From contig CAYUVY010000001.1 in the NCBI GenBank assembly GCA_964448465.1, positions 25,196 to 89,195 of the forward strand: a DNA stretch of 64,000 bases, in the 5' to 3' direction. The DNA comes from an uncultured Gammaproteobacteria bacterium (lineage in GTDB: Bacteria; Patescibacteriota; Microgenomatia; UBA12405). Below are positions 1-10,311 of this stretch, in pieces; the first letter of the stretch is position 1; the number at the start of each line of letters is the position of its first letter. Below the pieces are notes generated by a model. The model worked only from the letters and a program-made list of their open reading frames with translations. It searched no databases and was not told the origin of the DNA. A program made the position numbers and the translations under genes.

Positions 1-609
1 CCAATAGATTTGCCAATTAAAAACAAGACAATTTCGAAGAGCAAACAAATATTATCAGTAGGCAGGTTTGACAACATATTAAACACCAAAAGACATGATA
101 TTTTAATTGAAGCCTTCAAGGAATTCTCTAAACATACCAAAGAATACAAGCTTATTCTTGTTGGCGGGTCGGTAGATATTAACTCACAGTATATAAATAA
201 ACTCAAGTCTTCCATCGCTAAACTGCCTGCAGAGATTAGGTTAAACGTAAACCCAAATGAGTTAATTAGTTTGTATCAATCCTCTTCTATTTACTGGCAT
301 GCCGCTGGTTTTGGTGTAGATGAAAAATCTAATCCAGAAAATACAGAACATTTTGGTATTAGCATTGTCGAAGCTATGTCTTATGGCTGTCTAGTTTTTG
401 CTCCACAAAAAGGTGGCATAAAAGAAATAATTATAGATAACAAAAATGGATTTTTTTACGACACCGTAAGAGAATTAGTAAACAAAACTCTTAAAATAAT
501 TACTCAAAAAAATCAAATTAAACTTCGCACCAATGCTATAAAAACAATTAGATTGTTTGGGAAAACACACTTTTTTAACAATTTTAAAAATATTATCAAT
601 CATGGTTAA
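1..609 (+). CDS. GT4 family glycosyltransferase, C-terminal part (5' end outside the window)
   Basis: Frame is open from base 1; motifs SVGRF, KRHDILI, EHFGISIVEAMSYG (GT4 Ex7E). Confidence 0.9.
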   Translation, partial: PIDLPIKNKTISKSKQILSVGRFDNILNTKRHDILIEAFKEFSKHTKEYKLILVGGSVDINSQYINKLKSSIAKLPAEIRLNVNPNELISLYQSSSIYWHAAGFGVDEKSNPENTEHFGISIVEAMSYGCLVFAPQKGGIKEIIIDNKNGFFYDTVRELVNKTLKIITQKNQIKLRTNAIKTIRLFGKTHFFNNFKNIINHG

Positions 610-1489
610 GAAAAAAGTTAGTGTCGTTGTCACGAACTGGAATGGTGCCAATTTACTTAAAAAGAGCTTGCCAATAATATTAAAAAATAGCCCAGAAGCT
701 TCAGAAATTTTGGTGGCAGATGATGCTTCTTCAGACAATAGTCTTCAGATTGTTAAAGAATTTCAGAAGTCAGACTCTCGGATAATACTTATTAGTCACA
801 AAAAAAATCTAGGTTTTGCCAATAACTCTAACCATGCTATTTCAAAAACAAAAAATAATCTAGTGGTCCTACTAAATAACGATATTTACCCCGAACCAGA
901 TTACATCAAAAACTCTTTAATATATTTTAATGATAAAAAGTTATTTGGTGTATCATTCTGTGAAATAAATAATCCTAACTGGGCAAAAATATTTTTTAAG
1001 AATGGTTATTTTCAATATTCGGAAGGACAGTCAATCAAAGAAATACACATTACCGGATGGGTTTCCGGGGGTTCCTCGATAATAAATAAATCAATTTTTC
1101 ATAAACTAGGAGGTTTTGATAATATTTACGAACCGTTTTATTCTGAAGATTTGGACATAGGCTATCGGGCCTGGAAAAGCGGCTACCACTTACTTTGGAA
1201 TCCAACATCAAAAGTAAGTCATAAACACGAAACCACTACCTCTAAGTTTCCACGCAGGTTCCTTGACTATGTTAAGGAAAGGAACAGGTTGCTTACAGTA
1301 TACAGAAATATTACTGATGTCCAATATCTACGACACAACACTATCGCAAAATTTACCAGGATACTGTTTGGACCAAATTATTTAAAAATAATTTTAGCTG
1401 CTCAACGCCAACTCAACTCCTACCCAAAACCAGTAGTATTCCCAAAGCTTACTGACAAAGAAATTTTTGCCAAATTCGACCATGACTAA
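602..1489 (+). CDS. GT2 family glycosyltransferase (WbbL/RfbF-like)
   Basis: VSVVVTNWNG, VADDASSD, LLNNDI, GGFD..YSEDLD. Start moved from 557 to the ATG at 602, which overlaps the upstream stop. Confidence 0.9.
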   Translation: MVKKKVSVVVTNWNGANLLKKSLPIILKNSPEASEILVADDASSDNSLQIVKEFQKSDSRIILISHKKNLGFANNSNHAISKTKNNLVVLLNNDIYPEPDYIKNSLIYFNDKKLFGVSFCEINNPNWAKIFFKNGYFQYSEGQSIKEIHITGWVSGGSSIINKSIFHKLGGFDNIYEPFYSEDLDIGYRAWKSGYHLLWNPTSKVSHKHETTTSKFPRRFLDYVKERNRLLTVYRNITDVQYLRHNTIAKFTRILFGPNYLKIILAAQRQLNSYPKPVVFPKLTDKEIFAKFDHD

Positions 1490-2282
1490 ACAATATTCTA
1501 TTATTATTATTAATTACAACACTTCACAAATTACCTTAAATTGCATACAAAGTATAATTAAGTTCACTAATAATCTTGAGCATGGCGAGTTAATTGTTCT
1601 AGACAATGGGTCTACCGATGATTCTGTAGAGAAAATTAGTAAATTTAAGAACAAAAACATTCAACTGATTTTAAGTAAAGATAACCTAGGGTTTGCGCGA
1701 GGTAATAATTTAGGAGCAAAACATGCCCAAGGATCCTATCTATTTTTTTTAAATTCCGATACCCTTCTGATTAAAAACGATTTACAAAGTAACATTAGTT
1801 ATTTACACAATCATCCCACAATTGGTTTACTAGCACCCAGGCTACTTAATCAAGACTTGAGTATTCAAGACAGCTGCTTTCAAGATCAGTCTATACTTAA
1901 TGCTTTAAAATATCTTTTTGGAAACAAACAGGCAATAGGGAAATATTCTCCCAAGCAGCAAATAAAGGTTCAATACGTTGTGGGTGCAGCTATGCTTATT
2001 AGTAGAAACTTGTTTACAGACATGGGCGGGTGGAACGAAAAATACTTCATGTATTTTGAAGATCTGGACTTTTGTGACAAAGTTAGATCATTTGGCAAAC
2101 AAATAATATACAAACCAGATTGGCAAGTTATACATCTTCATGGTCAAAGTGGTATAAGTTCAAAACAACCATCCCAAAGCTATAATTTTTTAGTTCAAAG
2201 TAGTAAAACCTACCACGGTAAAATTAAATACTATCTTATGACGGGTATTCTTAAGCTGGCAAACAGACTAAACCTAAATTAA
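1482..2282 (+). CDS. GT2 family glycosyltransferase (rhamnosyltransferase WbbL-like)
   Basis: SIIIINYN, LDNGSTD, GFARGNN, FLNSD, YFMYFEDLD. Start moved to the ATG at 1482. Confidence 0.9.
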   Translation: MTKQYSIIIINYNTSQITLNCIQSIIKFTNNLEHGELIVLDNGSTDDSVEKISKFKNKNIQLILSKDNLGFARGNNLGAKHAQGSYLFFLNSDTLLIKNDLQSNISYLHNHPTIGLLAPRLLNQDLSIQDSCFQDQSILNALKYLFGNKQAIGKYSPKQQIKVQYVVGAAMLISRNLFTDMGGWNEKYFMYFEDLDFCDKVRSFGKQIIYKPDWQVIHLHGQSGISSKQPSQSYNFLVQSSKTYHGKIKYYLMTGILKLANRLNLN

Positions 2283-2320
2283 CCGATGTCGCTAGATAGC
2301 CAAATTAACTATCAATAAAG

Positions 2321-2326
2321 TATAAT
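2321..2326 (+). promoter_or_regulatory. sigma70 -10 box TATAAT, 6 nt before the GTG start (leaderless promoter)
   Basis: Perfect TATAAT in the first real intergenic gap; no SD and no recognisable -35. Confidence 0.65.
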
Positions 2327-2332
2327 TGTGTT

Positions 2333-4057
2333 GTGATATATATTCTGATATTTTTCATATCATTTTTTACTAAGATTTATAAGATAAATTTCGTCCCCCC
2401 AAGCCTTTTTTCCGACGAGGTAGATATTGGATATCAAGCTCAAATATTTAATAAATGTTATAGTGACTACTACGGTAATTTTTTACCAACCCATTTCCAC
2501 TCCTTTTCTGACTGGCGAACCTCCGGATATTTATATTCCACAATAATTCTTGAAAAGTTAGGTATAAATTCTGACTTATCTATTAGACTACCAGCAGCTA
2601 TTTATGGTTCTTTGTGTGTCTTACTCTTAATTCTTATCATTAATATCTCTACCAAATTAACTATTATTCAAAAAATAACCCTAGCTATCGTTTTTTCCCT
2701 AAATCCTTGGTTGTATCACTACAGTAGAACAGGTTTTGAAGTCACCGGGATGCTATTTTTTATACTATTGGGCATATTCTGGCTAATCAAGTCCTACCAC
2801 AAATTTCAAACAAAACTATTTACCATGGGATTGATTTCTTTGGTAGTTAGTACTTATTTTTACTCCACTGCTAAGTTTTTTTCGCCAGCCTTAGCTTTGA
2901 TTTTTATAATTCTAACTATAACCAAAAACAAGATTAAGATATCTAAAATACTTTTACCGATATTTATCGTATTTCTGTTTTGTATCCCACAGGTTAAAGA
3001 TATTTATCAGCAAAAATCTGGATACAGATTTTCTTATATTAGTGTTTTTTCCGATCCTTTTATCTCCAAGAAAATTGATTTTCAAAGATATTTAGATTCT
3101 TTTCCCAATGTTGAAAAGAAAGTTGGCTATCAAACCACCTTATTTGAAAAAATATTACACAACAAAATAACCAATGTTGGTCAGACCATTTTAAATAATT
3201 ACTTTAATTCATTTTCCACAAGCTTTTTAATTATCAAAGGGGACGAAAACTTACGACAGGGATTTGGAGAGTACGGTATGCTTTTGATCGTAGAATACAT
3301 ATTCTTGTTCTTGGGATTATATCTATGTTTTAAAAAAACTCCATCTTTTACTTCTAAGCTTTTTTTAGTAATTCTAATTTTAGCGCCCATACCTTCCTCT
3401 TTAACCCGAGACTCAGCCGGACCCCATGCTACCAGATTAATACTCCTTCTACCATCAATAATGTATTTTTATGGAAATAGCCTTATTTACCTATTTAATA
3501 AAAAAATATTAGTCACAATTGTCTTTATCTTATTAGCGACAAATTCCATATTTTTTTATGAATCATATTTTGTTCATTATCCAAGCATATCCGAAGAATC
3601 CTGGCACCTAGGCTTAAAAGAAGCTGTACTTTTTGCAAACAATCAACAACAAGCTAATCCACAAACTATTAATTATTACAGCAGTCAAGTTGAGTCTTTT
3701 GTTCCTTTCTTTTTGTATTACACAAAATACTCACCCGTGTTAAATAGTTGTGCTCCAGCACTAACCATTTCTTCACAAAAAATTCAAAATGAGGAGTATC
3801 TTAAAGCAGAAAATAACAACTATTTTGGTAAATTTGACTGGCAGGAGTTAATAAAACAAGACTTTGGACTTAATTCCCACTTTATACTAAGAAACTCTGA
3901 GCTAACAAATCTAAAGCAAGGGGTTGATAATTACAACAATAATTATCAACCCACAAGCAAACTAACGACAAAAATACTTTGGAAATACAACAGTCCATAT
4001 TATGAAGGCAATTATCCGCTAGTCGTAGGTCTTGATTTCATACCAAACACACAATGA
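2333..4057 (+). CDS. GT-C fold membrane glycosyltransferase (ArnT/PMT_2-like)
   Basis: N-terminal TM then PPSLFSDE (DE motif), RLPAA, YSR, many TM segments, soluble C-terminal domain. Confidence 0.8.
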   Translation: MIYILIFFISFFTKIYKINFVPPSLFSDEVDIGYQAQIFNKCYSDYYGNFLPTHFHSFSDWRTSGYLYSTIILEKLGINSDLSIRLPAAIYGSLCVLLLILIINISTKLTIIQKITLAIVFSLNPWLYHYSRTGFEVTGMLFFILLGIFWLIKSYHKFQTKLFTMGLISLVVSTYFYSTAKFFSPALALIFIILTITKNKIKISKILLPIFIVFLFCIPQVKDIYQQKSGYRFSYISVFSDPFISKKIDFQRYLDSFPNVEKKVGYQTTLFEKILHNKITNVGQTILNNYFNSFSTSFLIIKGDENLRQGFGEYGMLLIVEYIFLFLGLYLCFKKTPSFTSKLFLVILILAPIPSSLTRDSAGPHATRLILLLPSIMYFYGNSLIYLFNKKILVTIVFILLATNSIFFYESYFVHYPSISEESWHLGLKEAVLFANNQQQANPQTINYYSSQVESFVPFFLYYTKYSPVLNSCAPALTISSQKIQNEEYLKAENNNYFGKFDWQELIKQDFGLNSHFILRNSELTNLKQGVDNYNNNYQPTSKLTTKILWKYNSPYYEGNYPLVVGLDFIPNTQ

Positions 4058-5646
4058 AAAAATACATCTTACTTCTTTTTTTAATAATCTTATTACCATA
4101 TTTCAAACTAATTTTACCCGGATTCCCTTCTTTACAAGATCAAATGCACCCTCTACGACTTACTGACTTGAGACAGTGTCTTTCGGATCACCAAATACCT
4201 TGCCGTTATTCTACAAAATCTGCCTTAGGTTATGGCTACCCCTTGTTTAATTTTTACGGCCAAGGTGCTTATCTTCTACCAGCATTATTCAGCTATATTT
4301 TACCCTTAAATTCCTACGATTTGATGAAAATTCAAATTATTCTTTTTGCCTGTATCGGTGGTTTGGGCATATTTTTATTAGCAAAAACCAACAAATTGGA
4401 CAACCCCACCTCGATCCTGTTTGCAACTATTTTTAGTTATACGCCATATTTTGCCTTAGATGTATATGTTCGAGGAGCAATACCTGAATTTTCCGCCTTA
4501 ATGCTCATACCATGGATCTTTCTTCTCTCTTACCAAAACAGAACTATTTTCACCAACCTCGCCCTATCCTTAATTATCTTGACCCACATTCAAACAGGTT
4601 TAATAACCTTATTAATTTACTTATTTTATCTTATATTCTCCCACAAAAACAGACAGGCTCTTCTAAGCCTTTTGACTACATTGTTACTTTGTAGTTTTTA
4701 CTTAATCCCCGTTATCTTAGAAAACAATTTGGTCCAACTGAGCTCTACAACGAAAGGCATTTTTGACTACAATATCCATTTTCTCAACTTAAAGCAAATA
4801 TTTATCTCACCTTTTTGGGGATACGGAGCCTCAACATGGCTTGACAAAGACGGTATGGGTTTTACGTTGGGAATACCTTTAATTTTTCTTATTGCTACCA
4901 GTGTGTATCTCTATTTTAAATATCAGCAAAAAAAATTACCAAGTACATTTTTACTAATTATTTCCATTCTTTTTATATTTCTGGCCCATACTCGTTCAGC
5001 TTTTATATGGAAAATATTACCACTCGGTTATTATCAATTCCCCTGGAGATTTTTAGGTCTGGCCTCAATATTCACAATTATATTTTCTATTAACATTGTC
5101 AGCAAAAGCAATCTCCAGGCAAAATCCTTACCATTATTTGGAATCATACTTATCACTATACTTATCAACGCTCCTTATTTTCGGCCAGATATGGTCTTAT
5201 CCTACGATTACTTAAATACTCCCCAAAAACAAATCGAAATATCCTTGGGTGGTATTCAAGACTATTGGCCTACTACAGCCAAATCTATTCCCACTACACC
5301 AGCTCCAAATTTATTGCTTAACCTTGGACCAAAATACTATCCAACAACAACTAGTTTTACAAGAAAAAGTAATAGCATAGAAATAAAAGCCATTAACCCA
5401 GTTAGACAAGAATTAATCATCCCCATGTCCTATTATCCCGGGTGGGAGCTATTCGTAAACAGTAATCCAACACACATCACCCTGGATTCCACTTCAGGGT
5501 TTCCTAAGATAACTTTAGATCCGGGGCAGTACCAAATAAACATGTACCTCCAGAAAACAAAAGTACAAAAATATTCTGAATACTTAAGCTTGTTAACTAT
5601 TTTTGCTTTAATTTTTATAAAGATCAAAAATGTCAAACAAGCATAA
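4054..5646 (+). CDS. GT-C-like membrane protein (YfhO / 'PTPS-related domain' membrane family)
   Basis: QDxxH after TM1, GYGYPLFNFY, VRGAIPE, QFPWRFL, C-terminal YYPGW; ATGA-coupled to the upstream gene. Confidence 0.75.
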   Translation: MKKYILLLFLIILLPYFKLILPGFPSLQDQMHPLRLTDLRQCLSDHQIPCRYSTKSALGYGYPLFNFYGQGAYLLPALFSYILPLNSYDLMKIQIILFACIGGLGIFLLAKTNKLDNPTSILFATIFSYTPYFALDVYVRGAIPEFSALMLIPWIFLLSYQNRTIFTNLALSLIILTHIQTGLITLLIYLFYLIFSHKNRQALLSLLTTLLLCSFYLIPVILENNLVQLSSTTKGIFDYNIHFLNLKQIFISPFWGYGASTWLDKDGMGFTLGIPLIFLIATSVYLYFKYQQKKLPSTFLLIISILFIFLAHTRSAFIWKILPLGYYQFPWRFLGLASIFTIIFSINIVSKSNLQAKSLPLFGIILITILINAPYFRPDMVLSYDYLNTPQKQIEISLGGIQDYWPTTAKSIPTTPAPNLLLNLGPKYYPTTTSFTRKSNSIEIKAINPVRQELIIPMSYYPGWELFVNSNPTHITLDSTSGFPKITLDPGQYQINMYLQKTKVQKYSEYLSLLTIFALIFIKIKNVKQA

Positions 5647-7243
5647 GATTGTCCTTATCTTAATATTCTTTCTTGGTTTATTCCTTCGAACTTACAAGCT
5701 AGGCGAATATCCTGCTAGCCTAAACTGGGATGAGGTAAGTCACGGTTATACTGCCTACAGCATTCTAAAAACTAGTAAAGATCAATGGGGGCAAAAATTA
5801 CCCATATTTAATTTTCGAGCTTACGGTGATTATCCTACAACCTTAAACATGTACACAACCATACCTCTAATTAAGCTATTGGGATTACAAGACTGGGTTA
5901 TTAGGCTTCCAACGGCGATTTTGGGCGCATCTATGATTATTTCAGCCTATTTTATCTCGCAATATTTTCTACAAAATGGCGCTGGTTCTTTATTAGTTAG
6001 TTTATTGGTTGCCATCTCACCTTGGACATTTTTCTCCAGTAGGGGAGTCTATCAGTCTACCGTAGGTCAGGCTATTTTTATGCTTGGACTTGCAGTTTTT
6101 TTTAGACAAAAAAACAAATTTGCCTTAGGTTTTGGGTCTTTAATTATTTCCTTATCAGTTTTTGGTTATCATTCCAATCGTATAGTTTCAAGTTTAATTT
6201 TAGTCTATTTAATTTACAAATATAAGCGAACTATTATTCAGCAACACTTATTTTCCAAATTACTGATTACTATCTCTATTCTCATAATTTGTTTTTCTAC
6301 GATAAACATCATTAGTCCCGAGTCTAGGGCCAGATCTGCCTGGGTTGGCATCCTAAACATTTCCTCTGAAAACACCATAAACGAGGCAAGGCGAATATCC
6401 CCACAACCAGAAATAATTAAAAAAGTACTCTACAACAAAGCCACCTACCTAATTCCCAGATTAATTGGTAATTTTTTTAACTTACAAAACCCAATACCAC
6501 TATTTGTTACTGGTTCCAACCAATATCAATACAATCTACCCAACTTTGGACTTATTTACCCCACGCTCTTACCTTTCTTCTACTTGGGCTTAATAATTAT
6601 TTTATTTAATCCAAAAAGAAGTAAAAATACCGATTTTCTTGTACTTTGGGCTGTTGCCTTAATTCCAAGTCTAATTACCACAGGTGACTTTCCTACGCTT
6701 CGTTTGGCGACCATAATTCCACTACCTTTTATCGCCATAACCTATGCACTAATAAAACTGCCCAAACTCTTTAGACCTTTAATTTTACTGGTGACTATTC
6801 CTTTGTTTATATTTTATTATTATCAATATTTTTTCAATTACAACACAACCTATTCCAGTTCTTGGCAATATGGTTATAAACAAGTTGTCGAAATAGTTAG
6901 GCCTTTATATCCCCAATATGACCATATCATTATTACCAAAAAATATGGTGAACCACATGAATTTGTACTATATTATTGGCCGTGGGACCCCCAAACTTAC
7001 CAACAAGATCAACAAAAAATAACAGATTATCACGCTAACTGGTATTGGGTCGATGCTTTTGATAAATTTGTTTTTGTCAACGACTGGGAGATGAGCTCTT
7101 ACCTACTACAACACAATAGTGAAAATAATTTAATAATTACCTCGCCAAATAATTACCCCAAAGATATAAACTATTCTCATCTTCAAACAATTAACTTTTT
7201 AAACCAGCAACCAGCTTTTGAAATAATTGCCAATGAAATATAA
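5630..7243 (+). CDS. GT-C fold membrane glycosyltransferase (ArnT/PMT_2-like)
   Basis: LNWDEVSHGYTAYSILKTSKDQWG, AYGDY, RLP, SPW, multi-TM. Confidence 0.85.
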   Translation: MSNKHKIVLILIFFLGLFLRTYKLGEYPASLNWDEVSHGYTAYSILKTSKDQWGQKLPIFNFRAYGDYPTTLNMYTTIPLIKLLGLQDWVIRLPTAILGASMIISAYFISQYFLQNGAGSLLVSLLVAISPWTFFSSRGVYQSTVGQAIFMLGLAVFFRQKNKFALGFGSLIISLSVFGYHSNRIVSSLILVYLIYKYKRTIIQQHLFSKLLITISILIICFSTINIISPESRARSAWVGILNISSENTINEARRISPQPEIIKKVLYNKATYLIPRLIGNFFNLQNPIPLFVTGSNQYQYNLPNFGLIYPTLLPFFYLGLIIILFNPKRSKNTDFLVLWAVALIPSLITTGDFPTLRLATIIPLPFIAITYALIKLPKLFRPLILLVTIPLFIFYYYQYFFNYNTTYSSSWQYGYKQVVEIVRPLYPQYDHIIITKKYGEPHEFVLYYWPWDPQTYQQDQQKITDYHANWYWVDAFDKFVFVNDWEMSSYLLQHNSENNLIITSPNNYPKDINYSHLQTINFLNQQPAFEIIANEI

Positions 7244-8750
7244 AAACTTAATTATATTTTTAATCCTGATCTTAGCCAGCCTACTCAGGATATACAAAGT
7301 TAACGTTTATCCGCCCTTACTTTGGGACGAAGCCTCCCTTGGTTACAATGCCTACAGTCTACTAAAAACAGGCAAAGATGAATTTGGTACAATCCTACCC
7401 CTCACTCTTAAGTCCTTTGGAGACTACAAGCCAGCCCTATACGCCTATATAGACATACCTTTTGTGGCCATTTTTGGATTAACCCAGTTTGCGGTTAGAC
7501 TACCTTCCGTTTTGGCCGGAATTCTTACTGTGTACTTAATTTATCTAGTCATAGATTTATATACTAAAAATACTAAACTAGCACTTCTGGCTAGTTTTTT
7601 ACTAGCAACTAATCCTTTTCATATCCTTCTTTCTCGAGGTGCCTGGGAAACAAATCTAGTTTCTACTTTCTTTTTAGCTGCTATATACTTTCTTCAAAAT
7701 AAAAAGTATTTGTTCTCAATCATATTTTTTGTTCTACCCGCCTACACCTATCAATCTGCCAAGTTAACTGCCCCACTTCTGTTTTTAACTACCTTATTAA
7801 TCTACCCAAAAGTAAAAACAGTATACAAATTAGCTATCTTTTTTTGTTTATTTTCTCCGTTAATTTTTCTAAATTTTTTTGGCAAGGATAGTAACCGATT
7901 TAAAACTATGACTATTCTTAGCTATACCCAGCCAGACATCAGTAAAACTAGTATTTTCTTTCCTCAGTTATGGTTTATGACTAAAAATGTATTGATACGC
8001 TATTTTAACCACTTTTCTCCTCAGCTATTGTTTACTCAAGGTGATTGGCAAAACCCCAGGCAATCCGCACCATATACAGGTATCTTGTTGCTAATTACCT
8101 TACCGTTTCTAATAATTGGTTTATTTTCTTCCAAACCAAATAAATTACATCAATTGCTGTTAATTTGGCTATTTTTGGCACCCATACCCAGTAGTCTGAC
8201 CAAAGACATTGTCCAACCTGTTCGTGCTACCTCTTTTATAATACCCCTAGTTTTTTTTACTGCAGTAGGTATCGAAAAAATTCTCAAACACAAGTTCCTC
8301 TTGAGTCTGTTCATTATTGTTTTGGTAATAAATTTAGCATATGTTCAAGAAATGTACTACCAACATATGGTTAAAAAATCACCGCAAGAGTGGCTATTTG
8401 GCTATCAAGAAGCAATCCAGTTTGCACTAAATAAACAATCCGAACAAACTTTTTTTACTAACTTTTATGGACAACCACACATCTATTATGCCTTTGTCTC
8501 CAAGATGGACCCAGTTTATTATCAGTCGCAGATAAAGTTGACAACCACAAGCAACGATGTGGGTACGGTTGACAAACTAAACAGCTGGGAATTTAAGGAT
8601 ATAAATTTTAACCAATACAAAGACTATAAAAATATTACTTTGGTTATGTCAAGAGACGAACTGTTAAGGCAAAACTTGGATTTTGCAATGTTTACACCAC
8701 TTGGTTCTACTGATATTAATTATGCAAATTTTTATGGTTATAAAAAATAA
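7233..8750 (+). CDS. GT-C fold membrane glycosyltransferase (ArnT/PMT_2-like)
   Basis: LLWDEASLGYNAYSLLKTGKDEFG, SFGDYKP, SRGAWE. Start moved to the ATG at 7233. Confidence 0.85.
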   Translation: MKYKNLIIFLILILASLLRIYKVNVYPPLLWDEASLGYNAYSLLKTGKDEFGTILPLTLKSFGDYKPALYAYIDIPFVAIFGLTQFAVRLPSVLAGILTVYLIYLVIDLYTKNTKLALLASFLLATNPFHILLSRGAWETNLVSTFFLAAIYFLQNKKYLFSIIFFVLPAYTYQSAKLTAPLLFLTTLLIYPKVKTVYKLAIFFCLFSPLIFLNFFGKDSNRFKTMTILSYTQPDISKTSIFFPQLWFMTKNVLIRYFNHFSPQLLFTQGDWQNPRQSAPYTGILLLITLPFLIIGLFSSKPNKLHQLLLIWLFLAPIPSSLTKDIVQPVRATSFIIPLVFFTAVGIEKILKHKFLLSLFIIVLVINLAYVQEMYYQHMVKKSPQEWLFGYQEAIQFALNKQSEQTFFTNFYGQPHIYYAFVSKMDPVYYQSQIKLTTTSNDVGTVDKLNSWEFKDINFNQYKDYKNITLVMSRDELLRQNLDFAMFTPLGSTDINYANFYGYKK

Positions 8751-10311
8751 ACAACTTTTAGTAACAGTCATAATCATGATACTGGCTGTATTCCTAAGAG
8801 CATATCATCTTGATACTTACCCTCCAATCAACGCCGACGAGGCTGCCTTAGGTTATAACGCCTACAGTTTGTTGCAAACAGGCAAAGATGAACACGGTGC
8901 CTCCTGGCCTCTCCATTTCCAATCATTTGGAGACTATAAACCAGGTGGCTACATCTATTTATTGTTACCTTTTGTTAAAATTTTAGGATTAAATTCTCTT
9001 GCCTTACGTCTGCCAAACTTGCTTTTGTCGATTCTCTGTATTTATCTAGTGGGGCAAATATCTAGACTTATGTTAAAAAATGATTATGCACAATATTTTT
9101 CCATGTTATTTATGGCTATTTCACCTTGGCACATAATCTTTAGTCGTGGTGCCTGGGAAAGTAGTTTTGCTTTTTCTTTGTTTATTCTTGGTTTATATTT
9201 ATTCCTAAAAAAACAAAAGATAGTTATTACCGCCATCTTTTGGGCCCTTAGTCTATATTTTTATCATTCAGCTAGGGTTTTTCTTCCTTTGTTTTTATTA
9301 AGTTTACTTATTTCTAATATTAAAGATAAAATTGAGTTTAAACGAGTACTATTAATCGGTGTCTTAGTTGCACTTTTAAGTTTACCGGCTTTCGTTTCCT
9401 TTCTTAAAAATAGTGGCACAGCTAGGTTTAACGGTGTTGGCATTTTTGCTGACCTCGGACCAAAAAATCGTGCCGAAGAGTTGCTAAACCAAGATGCAAA
9501 CACAAAACTTATCAACAGAATCACCCACAACTACAGATTACTTTATCTATTTTCTTTTGTAGATAAATATTTATCCCATTTCAACCTAAACTTCTTATTT
9601 ATAGAAGGGGATAGCGTCCCACGCTCTAAACTACCAGACCTTGGGCAAACTAGTCTATTTTTCTTTCCTTTATTTCTTTTGGGTTTATTTGCTTTGACCA
9701 AGCTAGACAGCAAGACAAAAATACTAATGCTTATTTTGTTATTTACCTCTCCCATTGCCTCTGCTTTAACCTTTCAGGCACCTTCTGCCCTTCGCAGTCT
9801 TTATCTTTTGCTTCCTTTGACTTTAATACTTACTCTTGGCTCACTACAACTACTAAAGTATAAAAGGACTTTTTTAACATTATTCACAATAGCCACACTT
9901 TTTAGCACCACCCAGCTAATCTATAGTTATTTCTATCGCTATCCTCGAGAACTATCCTTAGCTTGGCCTTATAGATTCCAGGAAGTAGTTAACTATCTAA
10001 AGACAAATAATTCCAATAACCTACCAGTTTATTTTACAAATACTTACGATCAGCCATATATACTTTACCTGTATTATTCCCAGTACCCTCCTTCCCGAGC
10101 CCAGACTCAAACTAAACTTACCACTCCCGACCAGTTTGGTTTCTCCACTGTCGAAAAGATAGATAACATAACTTTTGAGATTCCCAAATATACTGATATC
10201 GCCTCAAATTCCACCATAGTTGCTTCTAATGAAGTTATTCCAATCCTGCCAAAATTAACTTTTAATTTCGCAAATGGCCAAAATGCGTTTAAAATATATC
10301 AAAAGCCATGA
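8734..10311 (+). CDS. GT-C fold membrane glycosyltransferase (ArnT/PMT_2-like)
   Basis: INADEAALGYNAYSLLQTGKDEHG, SFGDYKP, SPWH, SRGAWE. Start moved to the ATG at 8734. Confidence 0.85.
   Translation: MVIKNKQLLVTVIIMILAVFLRAYHLDTYPPINADEAALGYNAYSLLQTGKDEHGASWPLHFQSFGDYKPGGYIYLLLPFVKILGLNSLALRLPNLLLSILCIYLVGQISRLMLKNDYAQYFSMLFMAISPWHIIFSRGAWESSFAFSLFILGLYLFLKKQKIVITAIFWALSLYFYHSARVFLPLFLLSLLISNIKDKIEFKRVLLIGVLVALLSLPAFVSFLKNSGTARFNGVGIFADLGPKNRAEELLNQDANTKLINRITHNYRLLYLFSFVDKYLSHFNLNFLFIEGDSVPRSKLPDLGQTSLFFFPLFLLGLFALTKLDSKTKILMLILLFTSPIASALTFQAPSALRSLYLLLPLTLILTLGSLQLLKYKRTFLTLFTIATLFSTTQLIYSYFYRYPRELSLAWPYRFQEVVNYLKTNNSNNLPVYFTNTYDQPYILYLYYSQYPPSRAQTQTKLTTPDQFGFSTVEKIDNITFEIPKYTDIASNSTIVASNEVIPILPKLTFNFANGQNAFKIYQKP

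Noticed and set aside
557-601. Longer N-termini from the ORF track (557, 1467, 7227, 8683, 11041, 29780, 31915, 38097, 46292, 60468)
   Set aside because: They create long overlaps. Downstream in-frame ATGs coincide with the domain start and with stop/start coupling or a -10 box.
2295-2313. Short inverted repeat GATAG..CTATC in the first intergenic gap as a terminator
   Set aside because: Only a 5-bp stem with a 9-nt loop and no U-tract; too weak.
4054-5646. Literal '6-pyruvoyl-tetrahydropterin synthase' function suggested by the family name
   Set aside because: The protein is a multi-TM GT-C-like membrane protein with no T-fold PTPS motifs; the domain name is misleading.
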